Of a DNA stretch of 64,000 nt, positions 11,866-23,300 are shown piece after piece (positions within the stretch are counted from its first letter, which is position 1; the number at the start of each line of letters is the position of its first letter). Source of the stretch: Eledone cirrhosa (Eukaryota). The notes beneath the pieces were generated by a model. It saw nothing but the letters and a program-made list of their open reading frames with translations. It did not search any database and was not told the origin of the DNA. Made by a program: the position numbers and the translations under genes. The stretch is taken from NCBI GenBank assembly GCA_964016885.1, contig CAXHJY010000151.1, positions 124,001 to 188,000 on the forward strand, given 5' to 3'.

Positions 11866-12050
11866 TACCTGGGTGATCCTGCCAGTAGTCATATGCTTGT
11901 CTCAAAGCTTAAGCCATGCAAGTGGAAGTTCATGCCGTAAACGAAAATGGTGAAACCGCGAATGGCTCAGGAACCGGATCTAATCCTCGGGACCGTATTC
12001 CTCACCGCGAGGAGAGGATAACTGTGGCAATTCTAGAGCTAATACATGCA
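11866..12050 (+). pseudogene. 18S rRNA 5' fragment (~185 nt)
   Basis: TACCTGGGTGATCCTGCCAGTAGTCATATGCTTGTCTCAAAGCTTAAGCCATGCA...GTGAAACCGCGAATGGCTCA...GGATAACTGTGGCAATTCTAGAGCTAATACATGC matches the universal eukaryotic SSU start; collinearity is lost after ~12050. Confidence 0.95.
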
Positions 12051-12056
12051 ATTGAG

Positions 12057-15000
12057 ATCGGAGAGGGAGCGATCCGTCTGCTTGATTCCGATAACGAACG
12101 AGACATTCGTATCCGAAAGAACGTTTGTCTGGAAACTGGTGCAGTCAGTGAGTCGAAAAAAAAATATCTCGGTGGTAGTAGCAAATATTCGAACGAGACA
12201 TTCGTATGCGAAAGAACGTTTGTCGGTGGTAGTAGCAAATATTCGAACGAGACATTCGTATGCGAAAGAACGTTTGTCTGGAAGTGGCGATCCATGCCCG
12301 GTGGATAGTTGGTTCCGGGTTTTACTATGATTGTTGCAAAACAGAAACTTAAAGGGATTGACAGAATTTGCGATTCCGGAGAGAGGGCGATCCGTCTGCT
12401 TGATTCCGATAACGAACGAGACATTCGTATCCGAAAGAACGTTTGTCTGGAAACTGGTGAGTCAGTGAGTCGAAAAAAAAATATCTCGGTGGTAGTAGCA
12501 AATATTCGTATGCGAAAGAAAAGATCTCGGTGGTAGTAGCAAATATTCGAACGAGACATTCGTAGGCGAAAGAAAAATATCTCGGTGGTAGTAGCAAATA
12601 TTCGAACGAGACATTCGTATGCGAAAGAACGTTTGTCGGTGGTAGTAGCAAATATTCGAACGAGACATTCGTATGCGAAAGAACGTTTGTCTGGAAGTGG
12701 CGATCCATGCCCGGTGGATAGTTGGTTCCGGGTTTTACTATGATTGTTGCAAAACAGAAACTTAAAGGGATTGACAGAATTTGCGATTACGGAGAGGGGG
12801 CGATCCGTCTGCTTGATTCCGATAACGAACGAGACATTCGTATCCGAAAGAACGTTTGTCTGGAAACTGGTGAGTCAGTGAGTCGAAAAAAAAATATCTC
12901 GGTGGTAGTGGCAAATATTCGAACGAGACATTCGTATGCGAAAGAACGTTTGTCGGTGGTAGTAGCAAATATTCGAACGAGACATTCGTATGCGAAAGAA
13001 CGTTTGTCTGGAAGTGGCGATCCATGCTCGGTGGATAGTTGGTTCCGGGTTTTACTATGATTGTTGCAAAACAGAAACTTAAAGGGATTGACAGAATTTG
13101 CGATTCCGGAGAGGGGGCGATCCGTCTGCTTGATTCCGATAACGAACGAGACATTCGTATCCGAAAGAACGTTTGTCTGGAAACTGGTGAGTCAGTGAGT
13201 CGAAAAAAAAAATATCTCGGTGGTAGTAGCAAATATTCGAACGAGACATTCGTATGCGAAAGAACGTTTGTCGGTGGTAGTAGCAAATATTCGAACGAGA
13301 CATTCGTATGCGAAAGAACGTTTGTCTGGAAGTGGCGATCCATGCTCGGTGGATAGTTGGTTCCGGGTTTTACTATGATTGTTGCAAAACAGAAACTTAA
13401 AGGGATTGACAGAATTTGCGATTCCGGAGAGGGGGCGATCCGTCTGCTTGATTCCGATAACGAACGAGACATTCGTATCCGAAAGAACGTTTGTCTGGAA
13501 ACTGGTGAGTCAGTGAGTCGAAAAAAAAATATCTCGGTGGTAGTAGCAAATATTCGAACGAGACATTCGTATGCGAAAGAACGTTTGTCGGTGGTAGTAG
13601 CAAATATTCGAACGAGACATTCGTATGCGAAAGAACGTTTGTCTGGAAGTGGCGATCCATGCCCGGTGGATAGTTGGTTCCGGGTTTTACTATGATTGTT
13701 GCAAAACAGAAACTTAAAGGGATTGACAGAATTTGCGATTCCGGAGAGGGGGCGATCCGTCTGCTTGATTCCGATAACGAACGAGACATTCGTATCCGAA
13801 AGAACGTTTGTCTGGAAACTGGTGAGTCAGTGAGTCGAAAAAAAAATATCTCGGTGGTAGTAGCAAATATTCGAACGAGACATTCGTATGCGAAAGAACG
13901 TTTGTCGGTGGTAGTAGCAAATATTCGAACGAGACATTCGTATGCGAAAGAACGTTTGTCTGGAAGTGGCGATCCATGCCCGGTGGATAGTTGGTTCCGG
14001 GTTTTACTATGATTGTTGCAAAACAGAAACTTAAAGGGATTGACAGAATTTGCGATTCCGGAGAGTGGGCGATCCGTCTGCTTGAATCCGATAACGAACG
14101 AGACATTCGTATCCGAAAGAACGTTTGTCTGGAAACTGGTGAGTCAGTGAGTCGAAAAAAAAATATCTCGGTGGTAGTAGCAAATATTCGTATGCGAAAG
14201 AAAAGATCTCGGTGGTAGTAGCAAATATTCGAACGAGACATTCGTAGGCGAAAGAAAAATATCTCGGTGGTAGTAGCAAATATTCGAACGAGACATTCGT
14301 ATTCGAAAGAACGTTTGTCTGGAAACTGGTGAGTCAGTGAGTCGAAAAAAAAAATATCTCGGTGGTAGTAGCAAATATTCGAACGAGACATTCGTATGCG
14401 AAAGAACGTTTGTCGGTGGTAGTAGCAAATATTCGAACGAGACATTCGTATGCGAAAGAACGTTTGTCGGTGGTAGTAGCAAATATTCGAACGAGACATT
14501 CGTATGCGAAAGAACGTTTGTCTGGAAGTGGCGATCCATGCCCGGTGGATAGTTGGTTCCGGGTTTTACTATGATTGTTGCAAAACAGAAACTTAAAGGG
14601 ATTGACAGAATTTGCGATTCCAGAGAGAGGGCGATCCGTCTGCTTGATTCCGATAACGAACGAGACATTCGTATCCGAAAGAACGTTTGTCTGGAAACTG
14701 GTGAGTCAGTGAGTCGAAAAAAAAATATCTCGGTGGTAGTAGCAAATATTCGAACGAGACATTCGTATGCGAAAGAAAAATATCTCGGTGGTAGTAGCAA
14801 ATATTCGAACGAGACATTCGTATGCGAAAGAACGTTTGTCTGGAAGTGGCGATCCATGCCCGGTGGATAGTTGGTTCCGGGTTTTACTATGATTGTTGCA
14901 AAACAGAAACTTAAAGGGATTGACAGAATTTGCGATTCCGGAGAGGGGGCGATCCGTCTGCTTGATTCCGATAACGAACGAGACATTCGTATCCGAAAGA

Positions 15001-18000
15001 ACGTTTGTCTGGAAACTGGTGAGTCAGTGAGTCGAAAAAAAAATATCTCGGTGGTAGTAGCAAATATTCGTATGCGTAAGAAAAGATCTCGGTGGTAGTA
15101 GCAAATATTCGAACGAGACATTCGTATTCGAAAGAACGTTTGTCTGGAAGTTGCGATCCATGCCCGGTGGATAGTTGGTTCCGGGCTTTACTACGATTGT
15201 TGCAAAACAGAAACTTAAAGGGATTGACAGAATTTGCGATTCCGGAGAGGGGGCGATCCGTCTGCTTGATTTCGATAACGAACGAGACATTCGTATCCGA
15301 AAGAACGTTTGTCTGGAAACTGGTGAGTCAGTGAGTCGAAAAAAAAAATATCTCGGTGGTAGTAGCAAATATTCGAACGAGACATTCGTATGCGAAAGAA
15401 CGTTTGTCGGTGGTAGTAGCAAATATTCGAACGAGACATTCGTATGCGAAAGAACGTTTGTCGGTGGTAGTAGCAAATATTCGAACGAGACATTCGTATG
15501 CGAAAGAACGTTTGTCTGGAAGTGGCGATCCATGCCCGGTGGATAGTTGGTTCCGGGTTTTACTATGATTGTTGCAAAACAGAAACTTAAAGGGATTGAC
15601 AGAATTTGCGATTCCAGAGAGAGGGCGATCCGTCTGCTTGATTCCGATAACGAACGAGACATTCGTATCCGAAAGAACGTTTGTCTGGAAACTGGTGAGT
15701 CAGTGAGTCGAAAAAAAAAATATCTCGGTGGTAGTAGCAAATATTCGAACGAGACATTCGTATGCGAAAGAACGTTTGTCGGTGGTAGTAGCAAATATTC
15801 GAACGAGACATTCGTATGCGAAAGAACGTTTGTCGGTGGTAGTAGCAAATATTCGAACGAGACATTCGTATGCGAAAGAACGTTTGTCTGGAAGTGGCGA
15901 TCCATGCCCGGTGGATAGTTGGTTCCGGGTTTTACTATGATTGTTGCAAAACAGAAACTTAAAGGGATTGACAGAATTTGCGATTCCGGAGAGGGGGCGA
16001 TCCGTCTGCTTGAATCCGATAACGAACGAGACATTCGTATCCGAGAGAACGTTTGTCTGGAAACTGGTGAGTCAGTGAGTCGAAAAAAAAATATCTCGGT
16101 GGTAGTAGCAAATATTCGAACGAGACATTCGTATGCGAAAGAACGTTTGTCGGTGGTAGTAGCAAATATTCGAACGAGACATTCGTATGCGAAAGAACGT
16201 TTGTCTGGAAGTGGCGATCCATGCCCGGTGGATAGTTGGTTCCGGGTTTTACTATGATTGTTGCAAAACAGAAACTTAAAGGGATTGACAGAATTTGCGA
16301 TTCCGGAGAGGGGGCGATCCGTCTGCTTGATTCCGATAACGAACGAGACATTCGTATCCGAAAGAACGTTTGTCTGGAAACTGGTGAGTCAGTGAGTCGA
16401 AAAAAAAAATATCTCGGTGGTAGTAGCAAATATTCGTATGCGAAAGAAAAGATCTCGGTGGTAGTAGCAAATATTCGAACGAGACATTCGTAGGCGAAAG
16501 AAAAATATCTCGGTGGTAGTAGCAAATATTCGAACGAGACATTCGTATTCGAAAGAACGTTTGTCTGGAAGTTGCGATCCATGCCCGGTGGATAGTTGGT
16601 TCCGGGTTTTACTATGATTGTTGCAAAACAGAAACTTAAAGGGATTGACAGAATTTGCGATTCCGGAGAGGGGGCGATCCGTCTGCTTGATTCCGATAAC
16701 GAACGAGACATTCGTATCCGAAAGAACGTTTGTCTGGAAACTGGTGAGTCAGTGAGTCGAAAAAAAAAATATCTCGGTGGTAGTAGCAAATATTCGAACG
16801 AGACATTCGTATGCGAAAGAACGTTTGTCGGTGGTAGTAGCAAATATTCGAACGAGACATTCGTATGCGAAAGAACGTTTGTCGGTGGTAGCAAATATTC
16901 GAACGAGACATTCGTATGCGAATGAACGTTTGTCTGGAAGTGGCGATCCATGCCCGGTGGATAGTTGGTTCCGGGTTTTACTATGATTGTTGCAAAACAG
17001 AAACTTAAAGGGATTGACAGAATTTGCGATTCCGGAGAGGGGGCGATCCGTCTGCTTGATTCCGATAACGAACGAGACATTCGTATCCGAAAGAACGTTT
17101 GTCTGGAAACTGGTGAGTCAGTGAGTCGAAAAAAAAATATCTCGGTGGTAGTAGCAAATATTCGAACGAGACATTCGTATGCGAAAGAACGTTTGTCTGG
17201 AAGTGGCGATCCATGCCCGGTGGATAGTTGGTTCCGGGTTTTACTATGATTGTTGCAAAACAGAAACTTAAAGGGATTGACAGAATTTGCGATTCCGGAG
17301 AGGGGGCGATCCGTCTGCTTGATTCCGATAACGAACGAGACATTCGTATCCGAAAGAACGTTTGTCTGGAAACTGGTGAGTCAGTGAGTCGAAAAAAAAA
17401 ATATCTCGGTGGTAGTAGCAAATATTCGAACGAGACATTCGTATGCGAAAGAACGTTTGTCGGTGGTAGTAGCAAATATTCGAACGAGACATTCGTATGC
17501 GAAAGAACGTTTGTCGGTGGTAGTAGCAAATATTCGAACGAGACATTCGTATGCGAAAGAACGTTTGTCTGGAAGTGGCGATCCATGCCCGGTGGATAGT
17601 TGGTTCCGGGTTTTACTATGATTGTTGCAAAACAGAAACTTAAAGGGATTGACAGAATTTGCGATTCCGGAGAGAGGGCGATCCGTCTGCTTGATTCCGA
17701 TAACGAACGAGACATTCGTATCCGAGAGAACGTTTGTCTGGAAACTGGTGAGTCAGTGAGTCGAAAAAAAAATATCTCGGTGGTAGTAGCAAATATTCGA
17801 ACGAGACATTCGTATGCGAAAGAACGTTTGTCTGGAAGTGGCGATCCATGCTCGGTGGATAGTTGGTTCCGGGTTTTACTATGATTGTTGCAAAACAGAA
17901 ACTTAAAGGGATTGACAGAATTTGCGATTCCGGAGAGGGGGCGATCCGTCTGCTTGATTCCGATAACGAACGAGACATTCGTATCCGAAAGAACGTTTGT

Positions 18001-18285
18001 CTGGAAACTGGTGAGTCAGTGAGTCGAAAAAAAAATATCTCGGTGGTAGTAGCAAATATTCGTATGCGAAAGAAAAGATCTCGGTGGTAGTAGCAAATAT
18101 TCGAACGAGACATTCGTATGCGAAAGAAAAATATCTCGGTGGTAGTAGCAAATATTCGAACGAGACATTCGTATTCGAAAGAACGTTTGTCTGGAAGTTG
18201 CGATCCATGCCCGGTGGATAGTTGGTTCCGGGCTTTACTATGATTGTTGCAAAACAGAAACTTAAAGGAATTGACAGAATTTTCG
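12057..18285 (+). repeat. rRNA-mosaic satellite: 18 units of mostly 263 + 54n bp built from 18S and 28S fragments
   Basis: Units contain GATTCCGGAGAGGG(A)GC, GTCTGCTTGATTCCGATAACGAACGAGAC, GGTTCCGGG..GTTGCAAAACAGAAACTTAAAGG(A/G)ATTGAC (18S motifs) and ATCTCGGTGGTAGTAGCAAATATTCGAACGAGA (28S motif); unit markers at 12309, 12722, 13039 ... 17863, 18222. Confidence 0.9.
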
Positions 18286-18317
18286 AATCGACATCAACTC
18301 GGCTACGGCTATCCCGT

Positions 18318-18670
18318 CGAGTACGAGAGTATCGCGGGATCAGAGCAACGGTTTGCTAGGCTGCCTCTGAGCGATAACGGCTGAACGCCTCCTCTAAGCC
18401 GGAACCCTAGCCGGACCCGAGTTGTTTTTCGACAAGCGTCTCGACCTTCTTAAGGCCCATGCCTTAGTTTGGCGATTGCCGTCCGTTCGCCGACGGCGGC
18501 AGCGTCAGCGGAAATGCCATTCTGTGACGACTACGACGATTCGTCGTCGTCGTCGTCCATTCGATTTCCTGAAAGAGATAGAGACTAAAGTGATCAAATT
18601 GTTCGGAGTTACGTGCTTAGTAGAGCAGCTACCACACTGCAATCTATTGAGAGTTTTCTGACGAACGATA
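18318..18670 (+). pseudogene. Degenerate 28S rRNA 3' region (sarcin-ricin loop to 3' end)
   Basis: AGTACGAGAG-TATCGCGGGATCAGA (canonical AGTACGAGAGGAACCGCAGGTTCAGA) at 18320; GGCTGAACGCCTCCTCTAAGCCGGAA; GTAGAGCAGCTACCACACTGCAATCTATTGAGAGT near the LSU 3' end. Confidence 0.85.
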
Positions 18671-19090
18671 CAATCCGCCCACGTGGCGCCAGAAAGGGAG
18701 AAGAAAAGAAAAGTTAGACGCCGCCGATCGATCGGTTCGTTGTTTTACGTGTACACAGCTTGTGTGTGTGTCTGTATGTGATACAAGCCGCCTATCCGTC
18801 TTCCAAGTAAGTTTTGTGTGTAGACTGCGGAAAGAAATCCAATCCGCCGTCTAGGCGGTTCTGCCGCCGACCCATACTTTTGCGAGTCGCTCCCGGGAAA
18901 GACAGGCGGCAAGACGGCGTGTATACACGACGCCTTCCGTCTTCCGCCTCGAACCCGGGCAAACGTTCCTTTATTCGTCCACGCCTTCCCGCTTCGATCG
19001 CGAGAAAGTAATCAATCTGTTTTGTGTGTGTGTCTGTGTGTGATACAAATTTGTTTTCTTAATTTGATAACCATGAATTGTTTCAACACC

Positions 19091-19106
19091 GGCCCTTTTA
19101 AGGGCC
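19091..19106 (+). promoter_or_regulatory. Histone mRNA 3' stem-loop-like element (orphan)
   Basis: GGCCCT-TTTA-AGGGCC followed by AC and preceded by A/C-rich CAACACC, matching the 6-bp stem/4-nt loop metazoan consensus; no histone ORF upstream. Copy B 49702-49717. Confidence 0.65.
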
Positions 19107-19691
19107 ACTTATATTTTCAATAATCAGTTTAAATGGGTTGCACCGTAGCCACTTGGTAATACACTGCAAATCTCCCGTCAATCTATGAAGGTTTTGTAGT
19201 AGATTAGATCAAAACACAATCAGCAAGACAGTAATGGAATGAATAATATAAACATTTGTTTATAATTAAAGCCTTAAGATGTCCCTCCCTCCCTCCCTTC
19301 CTTCCTTCCTTCCTTCCTTCCTTCCTTCCTTCCTTACGATATACACTTTAATAACATTGAAACTTATTTAATAAGTTTAAATTTTAAACACTTTTTATTC
19401 AGACGTACCGCGATAAGTAACTAGATATGTTCTAACGAATAATCCGCGATGTGGCGAGGATTACCGCGATAGGAAATTAGATACGTTCCAAAGAAATATC
19501 CGCGAAAAGTGAACCGCGATATAGCGGGTTCACCAGCCAGTGTATTACTGGTACTTTATTTTATCGACCCCCATAAGGATGAAAGGCAAAGTTAACTGTG
19601 CAATAACAAAGGGAGATAACCTCGTCTTTTTTTTTTTACGGAGTTATTTCCCTTTAAATTTTATCTATTACTTATGATGATACAATTTAAT

Positions 19692-19822
19692 CAGTTCTTA
19701 GCTGTCGAGACACTGCATCCTTTAAAACCTCCATGGAACAAGCTACCTGCAACAGTTGTTAGCTGTCGAGACACTGCATCTTTTAAAACCTCCATGGAAC
19801 AAACTACCTGCATCAGTTGTTA
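19692..19822 (+). mobile_element. Tandemly duplicated ~62-bp LINE (CR1/L2-like) 3' fragment
   Basis: Two copies of TTAGCTGTCGAGACACTGCATC..TTTAAAACCTCCATGGAACAA.CTACCTGCA; translates WNKLPATVVSCRDTASFK. Confidence 0.5.
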
Positions 19823-20091
19823 GGGTCTGAGTTCAAATCACGCCGAGGAGGTTAACTTTGCCTTTCATCCTTACGGGGTCGGTCGGAAAACGAACCATTC
19901 CCGGTTCGCTTTCGAAGCGGGTTTCCGAAAACAGCGCTTCTCTCGACCGGGCCCGTCGTCCGCTCGGCGGTGGTTTTCATCGTCCCAGGCACGGCTAACA
20001 GGCGGAGACGGGACAAACGCGCGTGTTCCTTTTTTTATCAGCCGCAGCGCCGTTCGTATATATGCTTAGGTTGTTTTTTTTTTAAATATCC

Positions 20092-20322
20092 TAAGTTAAG
20101 TTGGGGCTAAGTTAAGTTGGGGCTAAGTTAAGTTGAGGTTAAGTTGAGTTGGGGTTAAGTTAAGTGGGGGTTAAGTTAAGCTGGGGTTAAGTTAAGTTGA
20201 GGTTAAGTTAAGTTGGGGTTAAGTCAAGTTGGGGTTAAGTTAAGTTGGGGTTAAGTTAGGTTGGGGTTAAGTTAGGTTGGGGTTAAGTTAAGTTGGGGTT
20301 AGGTTAGGTTGCGGTTAAGTTA
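20092..20322. repeat. G-rich ~16-bp minisatellite (TTAAGTTAAGTTGGGG / TTAGGTTGGGG)
   Basis: About 14 degenerate units; copy B 50703-50933. Confidence 0.85.
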
Positions 20323-23300
20323 CATTCGCCGCCGGACTTCAGCTTCCTCATTTAGCATGGGCAGTTTTTCTTGAAAATCACACCACACACAGCAAATGTG
20401 TGTCCGCACATGTACCAGTAATTACAGATCGATTCCGGTGAAAATTCACTGAAAACGGGCCATCCGGCCCTGTGCGTCGATCGTGGGCCGGCCGGATGTT
20501 GACGGATCGATGTGTAATTAGAAGTACATGTGCGGACACTCATTGGCTGTGCGTGGTATGCATTTCAGCAAGATATCTCCGTAACATCAAGAGTTATGGC
20601 TGTGGAGGCACACCTAGTCAAACGTAAACAAGGTCTGGAGCGTTTACGCTTCGCGATTTTGTTTACGTTTGACTAGGTGTGCCTCCACAGCCACAACTCT
20701 TGATGTTACGGAGATATCTTGCTGAAATGCATACCGCGCACAGCCAATGAGTGTCCGCACATGTACTTCTAATTACACATCGATCCGTCAACATCCGGCC
20801 GGCCCACGATCGACGCACAGGGCCGGATGGCCCGTTTTCAGTGAATTTTCACCGGAATCGATCTGTAATTACTGGTACATGTGCGGAGACACATTTGCTG
20901 TGTGTGGTGTGATTTTCAAGAAAAACTGCCCATGCTAAATGAGGAAGCTGAAGTCCGCCGGCGAATGGTGTGCTTCGAAGAAAACTAATTCGAAAATGAC
21001 CGTTTGCAGGCGGAGTAACCTTTTCGATCGTGGGCCAGCCGCCCGTGGTGGGATCCATCTGTAATTACTGGTACATGTGCGGACATACATTTGCTGTGTG
21101 TGGTGTGATTTTCAAGAAGAACTGCCCATGCTAAATGAGGAAGCTGAAGTCCGCCGGCGAATGGTGTGCTTCGAAGAAAACTAATTCGAAAATGACCGTT
21201 TGCAGGCGGAGTAACCTTTTCGATCGTGGGCCAGCCGCCCGTGGTGGGATCCATCTGTAATTACTGGTACATGTGCGGACATACATTTGCTGTGTGTGGT
21301 GTGATTTTCAAGAAGAACTGCCCATGCTAAATGAGGAAGCTGAAGTCCGCCGGCGAATGGTGTGCTTCGAAGAAAACTAATTCGAAAATGACCGTTTGCA
21401 GGCGGGGTAACCTTTTCGATCGTGGGCCAGCCGCCCGTGGTGGGATCCATCTGTAATTACTGGTACATGTGCGGACACACATTTGCTGTGTGTGGTGTGA
21501 TTTTCGAGAAAGACTGCCCATGCTAAATGAGGAAGCTGAAGTCCGCCGGCGAATGGTGTGCTTCGAAGAAAACTAATTCGAAAATGAGTATTTGCCGGCG
21601 GAATCACCTTTTCGGTCCTGGTCCGGCCGGATCTTGCCGGATCGATCGGAAATTTGTGGACCATGTTCGGAAGGCCATTGTGCATGTGTGGTGAAAAAAA
21701 TTTGTGTCGAAATCTTCTCGGAAAATAACGGATCGCCGGCGGAGATTGCCATTTCGATCGTGGGCCGGCCGGATCTTGTCGGATCGATTCGGACATATGT
21801 GCATCGTGTTCGCAAGGCCCTTGTCTATGTGTGGTGTGATTTTCATAAAGAAATTCCGAAAAACCCAGTTTTAAATCTGATTTCGCCAAAGAATTTTGGG
21901 TATCAGATCGGGTTGAAAGGTATGGTTTCAGGTCGATCTGAAAGTCTAAAATGGAATTCACTCGGTTAGCTAACTTTTGATATATCGGAGATATCTTTCT
22001 GAAAATCACACCACACACTCCCAATGAGTGTCTGCACATGTACCAGTAATTACAGATGGATCCCACCACGGGCGGCCGGCCCACGATCGAAAAGGTTACT
22101 CCGAAGCACACCATTCGCCGGCGGAATTCATTTAGCATGGGCAGTTTTTCTCGAAAATCACACCACACACAGCCAATGAGTGTCCGCACATGTACCAGTA
22201 ATTACAGATGGATCCCACCACGGGCGGCTGGCCCACGATCGAAAAGGTTACTCCGCCTGCAAACGGTCATTTTCGAATTAGTTTTCTTCGAAGCACACCA
22301 TTCGCCGGCGGACTTCAGCTTCCTCATTTAGCATGGGCAGTTTTTCTCGAAAATCACACCACACACAGCAAATGTGTGTCCGCACATGTACCAGTAATTA
22401 CAGATCGATTCCGGTGAAAATTCACTGAAAACGGGCCATTCTGCCCTGTGCGTCGATCGTGGGCCGGCCGGATGTTGACGGATCGATGTGTAATTAGAAG
22501 TACATGTGCGGACACTCATTGGCTGTGCGTGGTATGCATTTCAGCAAGATATCTCCGTAACATCAAGAGTTATGGCTGTGGAGGCACACCTAGTCAAACG
22601 TAAACAAGCTCTGGAGCGTATACGCTTCGCGATTTTGTTTACGTTTGACTAGGTGTGCCTCCACAGCCACAACTCTTGATGTTACGGAGATATCTTGCTG
22701 AAATGCATACCACGCACAGCCAATGAGTGTCCGCACATGTACTTCTAATTACACATCGATCCGTCAACATCCGGCCGGCCCACGATCGACGCACAGGGCC
22801 GGATGGCCCGTTTTCAGTGAATTTTCACCGGAATCGATCTGTAATTACTGGTACATGTGCGGACACACATTTGCTGTGTGTGGTGTGATTTTCACGAAAA
22901 ACTGCCCATGCTAAATGAGGAAGCTGAAGTCCGCCGGCGAATGGTGTGCTTCGAAGAAAACTAATTCGAAAATGACCGTTTGCAGGCGGAGTAACCTTTT
23001 CGATCGTGGGCCAGCCGCCCGTGGTGGGATACATCTGTAATTACTGGTACATGTGCGGACACACATTTGCTGTGTGTGGTGTGATTTTCGAGAAAGACTG
23101 CCCATGCTAAATGAGGAAGCTGAAGTCCGCCGGCGAATGGTGTGCTTCGAAGAAAACTAATTCGAAAATGACTATTTGCCGGCGGAATCACCTTTTCGGT
23201 CCTGGTCCGGCCGGATCTTGCCGGATCGATCGGAAATTTGTGGACCATGTTCGGAAGGCCATTGTGCATGTGTGGTGAAAAAAATTTGTGTCGAAATCTT

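Noticed and set aside
12296-12316. Possible 5.8S 5' fragment (CGGTGGATAGTTGGTTC)
   Set aside because: Only about 8 nt match recalled 5.8S (CGGTGGAT); too short to call without alignment.
12002-18208. Long ORFs (up to 373 aa here and 529 aa at 44391-45980) in the mosaic array
   Set aside because: Products of stop-poor tandem repeats of rRNA-derived sequence; frames shift with poly-A length; no domain signature.
12057-18285. CRISPR-like repeat/spacer appearance
   Set aside because: No unique spacers, no cas genes, eukaryotic context.
11866-18670. Functional 45S rRNA gene
   Set aside because: Most of 18S and 28S is missing or scrambled, and the sarcin-ricin loop is mutated after AGTACGAGAG.
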